Virus record (IMG/VR): IMGVR_UViG_3300017917_003016
Location: 137,733 to 201,732 of that record
DNA from: a virus
Taxonomy: Duplodnaviria; Caudoviricetes
Length of the DNA: 64,000 nucleotides
Reading direction: 5' to 3' (one strand)
The notes below the pieces were generated by a model. That model searched no databases. It had not been told where the DNA came from and saw only the letters and a program-made list of their open reading frames with translations. Positions 9,735-19,406 of the stretch are shown one piece after another (position 1 is the stretch's first letter; each line of letters opens with the position of its first letter). Made by a program: the position numbers and the translations under genes.

Positions 9735-9961
9735 CTGATCAATTGAATTGGTATTTGGAGTGGATAGCCACAGCCGTGCTGATCTTTGGTACTGCTGTAA
9801 ACAGTCTTGGCTACTATCCCCTGGGTCCCATTCTCTTGTGCCTGGGCGGCGCTATTTGGACTGTGGTAGCGATACGCTGGCGTAGACCTAGTCTAATTGT
9901 AGTTAATATCATTATGCTACTAACAGGCATTACTGGTCTAGCATGGAATTATCTTGCATGA
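9728..9961 (+). CDS. Small three-helix membrane protein
   Basis: Three hydrophobic segments. Confidence 0.7.
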   Translation: MVTDQLNWYLEWIATAVLIFGTAVNSLGYYPLGPILLCLGGAIWTVVAIRWRRPSLIVVNIIMLLTGITGLAWNYLA

Positions 9962-10212
9962 AAGAATTAGAATTTAACGATGATTGGCAGTATAATAATG
10001 AAGAAGAAGCCGAGATGGGCCAACTTCATGCCATTCACAACAACATGAATGCTGTAGCAGATGTTCGCCGTAGACTTGAAAAACAGTCAAGTCAACCATC
10101 GGCTGAATTCTGTGAAGAATGTGGTGATGACATTCCTTTGGCTCGCCGCACGGCTGTGCCCGGAGTAAAGTATTGCATTTTTTGTCAAGAAAAACACGAA
10201 CGGAGATATTAA
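9958..10212 (+). CDS. TraR/DksA-family C4 zinc-finger protein
   Basis: CEECGDDIPLARR...PGVKYCIFCQ; start at 9958 overlaps upstream stop (ATGA). Confidence 0.88.
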   Translation: MKELEFNDDWQYNNEEEAEMGQLHAIHNNMNAVADVRRRLEKQSSQPSAEFCEECGDDIPLARRTAVPGVKYCIFCQEKHERRY

Positions 10213-10215
10213 AAC

Positions 10216-10806
10216 ATGCCTAATCTAGTACCAATGGTTCTTGAACGCACCAGTCAAGGTGAACGCAGTTATGATTTGTATTCAAGACTGCTCAAAGACC
10301 GCATTGTGATTCTTGACACTGACGTCAACGAACACTCAGCAAGTCTTATTGTTGCTCAATTGCTGTTCCTTGAAGCAGAAGATGCTGAAAAAGATATTTT
10401 GTTCTATATCAACAGTCCAGGGGGTATTATCACTGCTGGTATGAGCATTTATGATACCATGCAGTTTATTCGTCCTCAGGTCAGCACCATTGTAATGGGA
10501 CAGGCCTGCTCAATGGGCAGTTTTCTTGCACAAGCAGGGGCCCCAGGCAAACGTATGATGCTGCCCAATGCTCGACACATGATTCACCAACCTAGCGGTG
10601 GTGCACGTGGCATGGCTTCAGACATTGAAATTTCCTACAAGGAAATCATGCACTGGAAGCAACGTCTAACAGAACTTTATGTAGAGCACAATACCTCAGG
10701 TAAAACCTATGAAGATTTTGAGCGGGACATGGATCGTGACACTTTTATGAGTGCACAGGAATCTCTGGAGTATGGCCTCTGTGACGAAATTATCACTAAA
10801 CGATAA
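10216..10806 (+). CDS. clpP: ATP-dependent Clp protease proteolytic subunit
   Basis: [25 protein letters not shown] (Ser), MIHQP (His), DRDTFMSA (Asp). Confidence 0.96.
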   Translation: MPNLVPMVLERTSQGERSYDLYSRLLKDRIVILDTDVNEHSASLIVAQLLFLEAEDAEKDILFYINSPGGIITAGMSIYDTMQFIRPQVSTIVMGQACSMGSFLAQAGAPGKRMMLPNARHMIHQPSGGARGMASDIEISYKEIMHWKQRLTELYVEHNTSGKTYEDFERDMDRDTFMSAQESLEYGLCDEIITKR

Positions 10807-12109
10807 TTTTTGCTCTAGCCCGTGGTTTCATGTCAAAATAAATCCCGGCGGTGACTTTGTTCCTTGCCGCTGGGACGCCGTCACGCTGACTAGTGATTAT
10901 AATATTGCAAATACCAGTATCAGCGAATATATAAATTCCTTGCCCATGCAAACTTTACGCATGGATCTACTAGAAGGAAAACAAATAAAAATCTGTGATT
11001 CATGTAAAAATGAAGATCGGAATCACAAGGTCAGCGGAAGAAGTCGACAACTGCTCAAAAGTGCAATAGACATAGAAAATTTTAATAAAACTTTTTGTGC
11101 CAGTCCGCATTTTGAATGGTTTGACTATTCCTATAGAAATCAAGGTCTGACTAAAAATTTGCCTGTAGACCTTCAAATTGATTTGGGCAATGCCTGCAAC
11201 AGCGGGTGTTTAATGTGCCATCCAATTTATAGTAGTAGGTTGCATACAGATTATCAAAAACTTTACAAATCAGATCCAATTGTTTTTGATTACACTACAC
11301 CAAAACGAAATTGGACCGATGACAAATTTCTAGTGGATAAGTTTGTAGATGAACTATCAACTATTCCAAATTTGAGATATCTGCATTTACTTGGTGGTGA
11401 AACACTTTATCTAGAAAGTTTTTATGCTATATGTGAAAAACTTATCGAAAAAGGGTTGGCTAAAAATATAAGCCTAGGCACTACAACAAACTGCACAGTG
11501 TATACCCCTAGATTAGAAAAAATACTACAAGAGTTCAAACATGTTCATATTGGTCTGAGTATCGAAGCATTTCATCCTCTCAACGATTACATTAGATGGC
11601 CTAGCAAATTAGAAGACGTTCAAGAAAATATCAAAAAATTTGTGGCTTTGAGAAACTCCTCAGATCTACAGTTGAGTTTGAGAATTACTCCCTGTAATCT
11701 CAGTATTGGTCACTTGGATACTGTGTTTGATTTTATGATCAAACATTCTATAATTGCTGAAAGTTGTAATCTCTTAGTGAACCCTAGTTTCTTACGAATT
11801 GAAATTCTACCGCATAACCTGTTAATGTCCGCTTTAGATAAAATCAATAATGTGATTAAAAAACACAAGTTGATCCCCAATTATGATGCATATGTCAATA
11901 GAAGAAACGAGTCTATTAGAAATGAAATTGTTTCTAAGACTATTTTTGAATACAAAGACCTATTAGAAAATCTGCAACCAGTTGAAAATCCAAAGCAGGA
12001 AAGACTGAATTTGGTTAAATTTTTAAAGGGATTTGAAGAACTTAGAAAAAACTGTATCCTAGACTATCTGCCAGAATATGAAGAATTTTTACGAAGCCAC
12101 AATTACTAG
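10751..12109 (+). CDS. Radical SAM protein with N-terminal twitch/SPASM-like Cys cluster; true start may be 10772 or 10781
   Basis: [19 protein letters not shown] (CxxxCxxC), LLGGETL. Confidence 0.88.
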   Translation: MHRNLWSMASVTKLSLNDNFCSSPWFHVKINPGGDFVPCRWDAVTLTSDYNIANTSISEYINSLPMQTLRMDLLEGKQIKICDSCKNEDRNHKVSGRSRQLLKSAIDIENFNKTFCASPHFEWFDYSYRNQGLTKNLPVDLQIDLGNACNSGCLMCHPIYSSRLHTDYQKLYKSDPIVFDYTTPKRNWTDDKFLVDKFVDELSTIPNLRYLHLLGGETLYLESFYAICEKLIEKGLAKNISLGTTTNCTVYTPRLEKILQEFKHVHIGLSIEAFHPLNDYIRWPSKLEDVQENIKKFVALRNSSDLQLSLRITPCNLSIGHLDTVFDFMIKHSIIAESCNLLVNPSFLRIEILPHNLLMSALDKINNVIKKHKLIPNYDAYVNRRNESIRNEIVSKTIFEYKDLLENLQPVENPKQERLNLVKFLKGFEELRKNCILDYLPEYEEFLRSHNY

Positions 12110-12461
12110 ACCTAAACTAAAACTAGACCTGTGTCTGAAGTTAGACCCGGTTGGTGCAGTTCCCTGTCGAGTTGTTATAAATGAAAAACTGCTCTGTGAC
12201 GGATTACTTGACTGTGAAAAAACTGTAGTATATCAGATTCCTCTGACAGACCCAATTGACCTGGAGATTCAAATACAGAGACTACATCCAGAGGCAGTCA
12301 AGGTATCTTTGCAAATTGACGGCAAAGAAATCTTGCCAAGATATCAGGCCATGGCAGCACCGCCAACCTGCTACTTAGACAATAACGACCTTTGGAGATT
12401 TAAGATTCCAAATTTCTATTCTTGGTATCATGAGATTACAGGGCAGGGATGGATTATCTAA
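12078..12461 (+). CDS. Hypothetical protein
   Basis: 127-aa ORF overlapping the radical SAM gene end. Confidence 0.6.
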   Translation: MKNFYEATITRPKLKLDLCLKLDPVGAVPCRVVINEKLLCDGLLDCEKTVVYQIPLTDPIDLEIQIQRLHPEAVKVSLQIDGKEILPRYQAMAAPPTCYLDNNDLWRFKIPNFYSWYHEITGQGWII

Positions 12462-12469
12462 GATTTTGG

Positions 12470-12498
12470 TTGACAATCTCATCGAAATATCTTATACT
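12470..12498 (+). promoter_or_regulatory. Sigma70 consensus promoter
   Basis: TTGACA(12470)-17 nt-TATACT(12493). Confidence 0.8.
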
Positions 12499-12539
12499 AA
12501 CAGAGTAGTAAATTTTAACCATCCAACAAGGAGATGTAC

Positions 12540-12725
12540 ATGCAGTACGAAGTTAATGTTGACACCGCAATTCAACGTTTTAACAGCGGCAGTTACATCA
12601 GCCAAAGCCGTAATCAAGGAACTGTCACGGTCAATGCCAGCAGCATTAACCAAGCACAACGGTTGGTTTCTAATATGTTTGGCGGTTACAACAACTGTCA
12701 AGTTCGTTCAGTCCATCAAAAGTAA
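12540..12725 (+). CDS. Small hypothetical protein
   Basis: SD AAGGAG before ATG at 12540 (track start 12534). Confidence 0.65.
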   Translation: MQYEVNVDTAIQRFNSGSYISQSRNQGTVTVNASSINQAQRLVSNMFGGYNNCQVRSVHQK

Positions 12726-12734
12726 GGAGTAGTT

Positions 12735-13073
12735 ATGTTTACAGTAGCAGGTGTTAGTACTCATCGCGGACAGACTAAGGTCCGTTTCGCTAATGATTTG
12801 GTCAGTCGAGTTAAGATGCTAGTCAAGGACGGTCATACTGATGTAGAACTTTATGAATTGCCTGAACCTATGACCAAGGCAGAAGCCTGTGACTATCTTC
12901 GGCACAGCGACCTTGCACTTATGACTGTGCCGCATCTCGCTGAGGCTGTGGTCTCTGCCTGGGACAAGTATCATACGGTCAAGGTCACTAAGACTGCTAA
13001 GATTACTGTTAACCTTGAAGATCTCAAAGCACGTGCAGAAGCAGCCACTACCAAGAACGACGTTCCTTTTTAA
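12735..13073 (+). CDS. Conserved phage hypothetical protein
   Basis: SD AAGGAG; FTVAGVS...KVRFAND...RVKML.K.GHTDVEL. Confidence 0.75.
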   Translation: MFTVAGVSTHRGQTKVRFANDLVSRVKMLVKDGHTDVELYELPEPMTKAEACDYLRHSDLALMTVPHLAEAVVSAWDKYHTVKVTKTAKITVNLEDLKARAEAATTKNDVPF

Positions 13074-13092
13074 CCTGTAACAAATTTCTTGC

Positions 13093-13119
13093 AAAAAAAG
13101 GGGGTACTGCCCCCTTTTT
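13093..13119 (+). terminator. Intrinsic terminator (possibly bidirectional)
   Basis: A7-GGGGG-TACTG-CCCCC-T5. Confidence 0.75.
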
Positions 13120-13120
13120 C

Positions 13121-13128
13121 CATAAATA
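13121..13128 (+). promoter_or_regulatory. Late promoter CATAAATA
   Basis: Directly after a terminator, 4 nt before ATG 13133. Confidence 0.65.
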
Positions 13129-13132
13129 CATT

Positions 13133-13309
13133 ATGGACAAGAACTTTTATTACTTTAGCGATGTTGAATGGAGCAAAGTATTTGGCTATAGTTCTAGCCC
13201 TGAAGACTGCAGATATCCAGAAAATTGGCATCGCGAAGGGGAAATAAGAGTTACTCCCACGGGAGATTTGGAGATATACAGTGAAGGTTCATGGATCCCA
13301 AAATACTAA
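13133..13309 (+). CDS. 58-aa hypothetical protein
   Basis: Below track cutoff: MDKNFYYFSDVEWSKVFGYSSSPEDCRYPENWHREGEIRVTPTGDLEIYSEGSWIPKY. Confidence 0.65.
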   Translation: MDKNFYYFSDVEWSKVFGYSSSPEDCRYPENWHREGEIRVTPTGDLEIYSEGSWIPKY

Positions 13310-13367
13310 AATAACTTTTTGGCCATGGCATGCGTTTGGCTGCACTTGTCCCTTTTGTGCGAGATAA
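13281..13367 (+). CDS. 28-aa Cys/His microprotein
   Basis: GGAG-spaced GTG start; MKVHGSQNTKITFWPWHAFGCTCPFCAR. Confidence 0.35.
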   Translation: MKVHGSQNTKITFWPWHAFGCTCPFCAR

Positions 13368-13370
13368 ATC

Positions 13371-13487
13371 ATGTGGCCAGCACTGATAGGTTTTTTTGTA
13401 TTAATAGCAGTTTACTGCATAGTTACTTTTTCTGACGATATATTTGATATTTTTAACAACGACAACAACGACAACAACGAGCAATGA
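13371..13487 (+). CDS. 38-aa single-TM microprotein
   Basis: MWPALIGFFVLIAVYCIVTFSDDIFDIFNNDNNDNNEQ; ATGA-coupled to the next ORF. Confidence 0.55.
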   Translation: MWPALIGFFVLIAVYCIVTFSDDIFDIFNNDNNDNNEQ

Positions 13488-13645
13488 TTGTTTGTATTTG
13501 TAGAGATATTAGAACCAGCCAATACACTTGCGAAGAAGAACTTCGTGAGCGTATACTAGAGAATGACTTCAAGTGCGGTCTCTGTCAACTTCAATATCTA
13601 AATGAGTGCCCAAACAATAATCGAGTTCTTCAGGACCAACAGTGA
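13484..13645 (+). CDS. Bfd-like (2Fe-2S) ferredoxin microprotein
   Basis: MIVCICRDI...CGLC: N-terminal CxC plus CGxC as in bacterioferritin-associated ferredoxin, with a shorter spacer. Confidence 0.6.
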   Translation: MIVCICRDIRTSQYTCEEELRERILENDFKCGLCQLQYLNECPNNNRVLQDQQ

Positions 13646-14879
13646 CCATAGGGGAATACCCCACATACCTAACAGTGTTTGGTTAGAGTTTATCAACAAA
13701 CACGATCGTCAACTGATCAAAGATGCACTGGCTGACTATATTGTAGATAACCGTGTGCCCTTTCCTAGCGCAGAGATTGATTTAACTGATTTTGAAAATC
13801 TCTTTGTTAAATTTGCCAACACAACAATGTTGGACGAGTTCAAAACATTCGATCAAGTTCTAGAAAAACATCCTTATCAATATCCATATGAGGACAAGCC
13901 TCTAGGAGTCATTGACAAAAGTCATGTTTACAATCCTGTGAGTAATTATTTCCAGCAGGAAAATCGCATGCGTTGCGGTAGTAATCAAGTGGCCAGTCCC
14001 TGGGAATTTTGGCATGACCGAGAACTGTTGGCCAAAATGAATTGGCATTTTTGGCGCAAGGGCGCACTGGGGGACAGTGATGTCTGTGCACAGACTTTTC
14101 GATCGGCATTTCGTATCGGTACATACACAGCCACTCAGTTTAGACCTAGTGTGGCCAAAGCCATATACGAACGTCACCGTGCTGAGTATGTGTTAGATAC
14201 CAGTTGTGGTTGGGGCGATCGACTAGCAGGATTCTATGCTACACCTTGTACAAAGACCTATGTTGGTTGCGATCCAAATCCTGAGGTCTATACCACGTAT
14301 CAACAGCAGTGCCTAGCATACGAACGCTTGTTAGGTCATACCGCCACACTAACCGTCTACGACGACCACTTTGTGTGTCAAGGTAGTCGACGTGTAGAAA
14401 TTTGGAATCTACCTAGTGAGGACGTCAACTGGCTGCAGTATCAAAATACATTTGATCTGTATTTTACTAGTCCTCCTTACTATTCTACAGAAAAGTATGC
14501 AGAGCATACTAGCAATAGCGCAGCACAAAGTTGGTGCCGCTATCCCTCATTTGAGTCATGGAAGCAGGATTTCTTTTTTGCTATTAATCGCAAGATTTGG
14601 CAAACAATGAAAAGCCAGGCCTATTTTATGATCAACATTGTAGAACCTGTGAATGGCCGATATAAACTATGCGATGACATGGTCAATGACATCCTGACCT
14701 ATCCTGGTGCTAACTATGTTGGTAAGATTGGCATGCGGCTACAGGCCCGCCCGCATTCAATTGTACAAGCCAACAAAAATTCTGTGTTTGTAGAACCCAT
14801 ATGGGTGTTTCGCAAAGATACCTCTAACTACGATATAACTAAGGCATCAACATTTTGTAGTTTGTTTGAGTTTGCTTAA
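13602..14879 (+). CDS. DNA amino-methyltransferase (N4-C or N6-A)
   Basis: Motif I VLDTSCGWGDRLAG followed by motif IV YFTSPPYY. Confidence 0.85.
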   Translation: MSAQTIIEFFRTNSDHRGIPHIPNSVWLEFINKHDRQLIKDALADYIVDNRVPFPSAEIDLTDFENLFVKFANTTMLDEFKTFDQVLEKHPYQYPYEDKPLGVIDKSHVYNPVSNYFQQENRMRCGSNQVASPWEFWHDRELLAKMNWHFWRKGALGDSDVCAQTFRSAFRIGTYTATQFRPSVAKAIYERHRAEYVLDTSCGWGDRLAGFYATPCTKTYVGCDPNPEVYTTYQQQCLAYERLLGHTATLTVYDDHFVCQGSRRVEIWNLPSEDVNWLQYQNTFDLYFTSPPYYSTEKYAEHTSNSAAQSWCRYPSFESWKQDFFFAINRKIWQTMKSQAYFMINIVEPVNGRYKLCDDMVNDILTYPGANYVGKIGMRLQARPHSIVQANKNSVFVEPIWVFRKDTSNYDITKASTFCSLFEFA

Positions 14880-14909
14880 ATACTTTATACTACTATATGG
14901 ACGAATATT

Positions 14910-15041
14910 ATGAAAGTCAAAAACCTAATTAAAAAACTTTATAGTTCTATAATCAGCGGTCGTAAAAATTTAGAAAAGAAAGTCTACGAAAAAATAACTC
15001 GTAAAAGTTTGAAGCACAAGCACACACAGGCTGTGAGATAA
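14910..15041 (+). CDS. 43-aa highly basic microprotein
   Basis: MKVKNLIKKLYSSIISGRKNLEKKVYEKITRKSLKHKHTQAVR. Confidence 0.55.
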   Translation: MKVKNLIKKLYSSIISGRKNLEKKVYEKITRKSLKHKHTQAVR

Positions 15042-15045
15042 AATT

Positions 15046-15132
15046 ATGAATTATAAAATTGGTGAATATTTACTGACTGCATTGACATACATTGCCATTG
15101 CTGTTATAATTATTGAACTATTTTTGAAGTAA
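15046..15132 (+). CDS. Possible 28-aa single-TM microprotein overlapping the tmRNA promoter
   Basis: MNYKIGEYLLTALTYIAIAVIIIELFLK; starts 4 nt after the previous stop. Confidence 0.35.
   Translation: MNYKIGEYLLTALTYIAIAVIIIELFLK
15082..15110 (+). promoter_or_regulatory. Sigma70 consensus promoter for the tmRNA precursor
   Basis: TTGACA(15082)-17 nt-TATAAT(15105); late-like GTAAATA also at 15129-15135. Confidence 0.8.
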
Positions 15133-15136
15133 ATAA

Positions 15137-15204
15137 GAGTATTGCTGTATGAAGTTGATGGAAAGGTGTTCTGGACGCGGGTTCGACTCCCGCCGACTCC
15201 ACCA
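15137..15204 (+). ncRNA. ssrA: Two-piece tmRNA, acceptor piece (5' end approximate)
   Basis: T-arm GCGGG-TTCGACT-CCCGC (15177-15193), acceptor 3' strand CGACTCC, discriminator A, encoded CCA (15202-15204). Confidence 0.9.
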
Positions 15205-15207
15205 AAA

Positions 15208-15429
15208 ATGCACTGTATGACTGAAGACCAAAGACGTTACGCCTATGAATTGTTTTACCTAGTAAAAGGCCATGTCAAGTATTTTGACGATGCTGACCTA
15301 GAGGCCATAGTCAAAGATTATACTCGGCGTCTGTGGTACAATGAAGAAGCACATTTGTACCGTGAAGGGTTTGAAGAAGCATATCGTGTGTTTTCGCTGG
15401 GGTCGTACAGGTTTCGACAGGGCAAATGA
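15208..15429 (+). CDS. 73-aa ORF in the tmRNA intervening segment, stop codon inside the coding piece
   Basis: ATG 3 nt after CCA (alternative ATG 15217); MHCMTEDQRRYAYELFYLVKGHVKYF...LWYNEEAHLYREGFEEAYRVF...; open across the whole 194-nt spacer. Confidence 0.6.
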   Translation: MHCMTEDQRRYAYELFYLVKGHVKYFDDADLEAIVKDYTRRLWYNEEAHLYREGFEEAYRVFSLGSYRFRQGK

Positions 15430-15486
15430 GTACGGATATGGACAGCACGGTAGGCGAAGACCGTAAATCTAGCAAAACTTATAGAT

Positions 15487-15576
15487 GCCAACACATCTAA
15501 ATTTGGTACTGCAAAAGTATCTATGGGCCGCGGCTTCCGCTTCGGTACTCGTAGTGCTGAGGCAGTAGCAGCCTAA
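15487..15576 (+). other. tmRNA tag reading frame (A)ANTSKFGTAKVSMGRGFRFGTRSAEAVAA
   Basis: Resume codon GCC after ATAGAT downstream of pk1; begins AN, ends AVAA-stop. Confidence 0.85.
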
Positions 15577-15622
15577 ACTCTGCAACCACGGGGTTGGTTA
15601 GCCTTGTTACCCAATTAACCAA

Positions 15623-15645
15623 AGCCCACTTCGGTGGGCTTTTTT
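15623..15645 (+). terminator. Intrinsic terminator
   Basis: AGCCCAC-TTCG-GTGGGCT followed by a T run. Confidence 0.9.
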
Positions 15646-15663
15646 ATCTTGATTATAGACAAA

Positions 15664-15670
15664 ATAAATA
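15664..15670 (+). promoter_or_regulatory. Late promoter-like ATAAATA
   Basis: After terminator, before the 15690 gene. Confidence 0.6.
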
Positions 15671-15689
15671 TCTAAAAGGATGAGAAAGC

Positions 15690-16064
15690 ATGGGAATTAT
15701 TATCAGACCCGGGGTTACTATTGGTGGTGGTGTCTCCATAACAGCAGCAGGTGGCGGCGGTAGCCCGCCCACAGGGGTATATGGATCCGCAGAAGGACTT
15801 GGTACGTTTTTTTATACCAGTTTTTCGGGCGGACTTGATGTAAGCTATACCACAGGAACTGCTGCGGAAACCGCACTGGCAGCATTGAAAACCGGTTCTA
15901 CACTGATTTTACTTGCCGGAAACGGGTTCAACAATGTAGGAGTGACCGTGAACGCTCCCGGCACTGGCGGTGGAGGTCTGTATTCGTTTACCGTGACTTT
16001 CAATAACACCAGTGGTTTCAACTTTAGTGAAAACGGCAGCAGTATTAACATCCTGTCTTTTTAA
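15690..16064 (+). CDS. Gly/Thr-rich probable virion protein
   Basis: N-terminus IIRPGVTIGGGVSIT resembles the ORF at 33017; late promoter. Confidence 0.6.
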   Translation: MGIIIRPGVTIGGGVSITAAGGGGSPPTGVYGSAEGLGTFFYTSFSGGLDVSYTTGTAAETALAALKTGSTLILLAGNGFNNVGVTVNAPGTGGGGLYSFTVTFNNTSGFNFSENGSSINILSF

Positions 16065-16160
16065 AACAGGATGTTGAGTTGTCTTATTCAAATTATATTG
16101 TACAGGTCAACTGCCCCAAAAATATGTATACCTTATAAAAAGATAGTCTTGCTCTAATGG

Positions 16161-16189
16161 TTGACAATCTAAACGATTGATGTTAGACT
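16161..16189 (+). promoter_or_regulatory. Sigma70 promoter
   Basis: TTGACA(16161)-17 nt-TAGACT(16184). Confidence 0.75.
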
Positions 16190-16199
16190 GCTTGTTATT

Positions 16200-16787
16200 A
16201 TGCAACCTCTAGAAAAGATCTATACCGATATGAACTATGCTGCTGAAATTCGCCAGTCTCTAGATTTCAATCGTTATGCTAAACTGATTCAAGCATTGGG
16301 CAATTCACTCAATGACCGCAAGAGCCGCTTTGACAAAAGCGACATCATCGAACAAAGCATTGAAACCTATAGCAATGGTCGGTTCAAGTGGGTTGACGAT
16401 ATTGGTCGTGACCATGTTGACACTGAAACAGGCCATGATCTAGAGTTCAAATATGCGCAGAGCAGTCTTTACAATCACAAGGGCAAGCCCAAGGCCACAG
16501 TCAAGGTCAAGATTAAAAACAGCCTAGGTGAACACAAGGGTACTAATATTGACAATCCTGCAGACTACTATGTGATTGGCCAGCAAGATGCTATGGCTGT
16601 GATTTCCTATGAACAGTTGAAACCTTACTTGGTTGCAGTGCCCGACGGCATCGAAGCACATATTCCTTTTGAACAACTGTCGGTGATTTTTGCACCCAGC
16701 GATGTCAAAAACTCCTCTGCCCAGTGCCAGGTAGATTATCTCAAATTCAAGCGCGAGGCACAGCGCCGCCTTATTGAGAGTGTATAA
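16200..16787 (+). CDS. Hypothetical protein, possible PD-(D/E)xK nuclease
   Basis: GRDHVDTETGHDLEFKY resembles a D...ExK catalytic motif. Confidence 0.45.
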   Translation: MQPLEKIYTDMNYAAEIRQSLDFNRYAKLIQALGNSLNDRKSRFDKSDIIEQSIETYSNGRFKWVDDIGRDHVDTETGHDLEFKYAQSSLYNHKGKPKATVKVKIKNSLGEHKGTNIDNPADYYVIGQQDAMAVISYEQLKPYLVAVPDGIEAHIPFEQLSVIFAPSDVKNSSAQCQVDYLKFKREAQRRLIESV

Positions 16788-17283
16788 AATGGATGATCAG
16801 CAACTAAATGAGATTCTGGTAATCGACAGAGAGACTCTAATGTCAGTGGTGCCAAAAATTAATAATCGCCCGTTGAATATTGGAGACTATGATAAAATTT
16901 GGCGTTTAAATTTTAGATGGCACGATGTAGTCCAGGGGTTGAACAACAGACTGTCAAACTGCAAAAAACGTGCTAAAAATATGAATTTTGATGTTGACCT
17001 TGATCTGGGTTATCTTTCAAATCTTTGGTTAGATCAACAGGGTAGATGCGTAATTACAGACAAGATTATGAGTTTCACTAGCGGTTCTTTGTATGATAAA
17101 AATCCCCTGGCCTGTTCCATTGATAGAATTGACAACGACCATGGATATATTCGAGGTAATGTGCGATTATTGACGCATTGGGCCAACAATGCTAAAAGTA
17201 CCTGGGATCATGACATCTTTGAATCAATGATTGCCAGTAGTGCACGTAAATTGCAACTTGTTGAGCATAACCAAAAAGTTTGA
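16774..17283 (+). CDS. His-Me finger (HNH-like) endonuclease
   Basis: QQGRCVIT...SIDRIDNDHGYIRGNVRLLTHWANNAK. Confidence 0.7.
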   Translation: MRVYKMDDQQLNEILVIDRETLMSVVPKINNRPLNIGDYDKIWRLNFRWHDVVQGLNNRLSNCKKRAKNMNFDVDLDLGYLSNLWLDQQGRCVITDKIMSFTSGSLYDKNPLACSIDRIDNDHGYIRGNVRLLTHWANNAKSTWDHDIFESMIASSARKLQLVEHNQKV

Positions 17284-17313
17284 CATAAATAATTCTGCTA
17301 TGTATCATAGCAG
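17280..17313 (+). promoter_or_regulatory. Nested sigma70 and late promoters of groES-groEL with a palindrome over the -10
   Basis: TTGACA(17280)-17-TATCAT(17303); CATAAATA at 17284; CTGCTATG-TAT-CATAGCAG at 17295-17313. Confidence 0.7.
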
Positions 17314-17373
17314 TTTCGTGCCTAGATCAGGGCGGAACGAAAATTTTATTTGCTTACTAAAAGGAGTAAAACA

Positions 17374-19307
<1,934 letters not shown>

Positions 19308-19330
19308 TTAACTAACCAGTTAACTGCACT

Positions 19331-19361
19331 AAAAATAGCGGCCCTGGGCCGCTATTTTTTT
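19331..19361. terminator. Intrinsic terminator (bidirectional shape)
   Basis: AAAATAGCGGCC-CTG-GGCCGCTATTTT. Confidence 0.88.
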
Positions 19362-19368
19362 ATAAATA
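19361..19368 (+). promoter_or_regulatory. Late promoter TATAAATA
   Basis: Immediately after terminator, heads the structural block. Confidence 0.8.
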
Positions 19369-19406
19369 TAAATAAGATAAACAAGTCATTTGGGAGATAT
19401 GGAACA

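Larger units (their letters stand above)
15399..15645 (+). ncRNA. ssrA: Two-piece tmRNA, coding piece
   Basis: GGGGTCG 5' acceptor strand pairs with 15194-15200 giving G3:U; D-like loop GGTTTCGAC; P2a CAGGGCA/TGTTCTG; pk1 stem ACGGT/ACCGT; tag frame; pseudoknot GGGT/ACCC + TGGTTA/TAACCA; terminator. Confidence 0.9.

Noticed and set aside
13455-13481. (AACAACGAC)x3 microsatellite as a phase-variation element
   Set aside because: The unit is 9 nt and in frame, so slippage would not shift the frame. It simply encodes the NND tail of the 38-aa peptide.
15167-15204. tRNA-Ala gene, or an att-site tRNA fragment
   Set aside because: No anticodon arm or 5' strand lies upstream. The complementary 5' strand, pk1 and tag frame lie downstream, which fits a permuted tmRNA. 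No integrase is nearby.
15142-15207. 5' extension of the 95-aa ORF (TTG start 15142)
   Set aside because: These 22 codons run through the tmRNA P2 strand, T-arm and CCA. Only the part from ATG 15208 or 15217 is kept as a candidate CDS.
17284-17373. CIRCE/HrcA operator before groES
   Set aside because: TTAGCACTC-N9-GAGTGCTAA is absent; the palindrome present is different and is reported separately.
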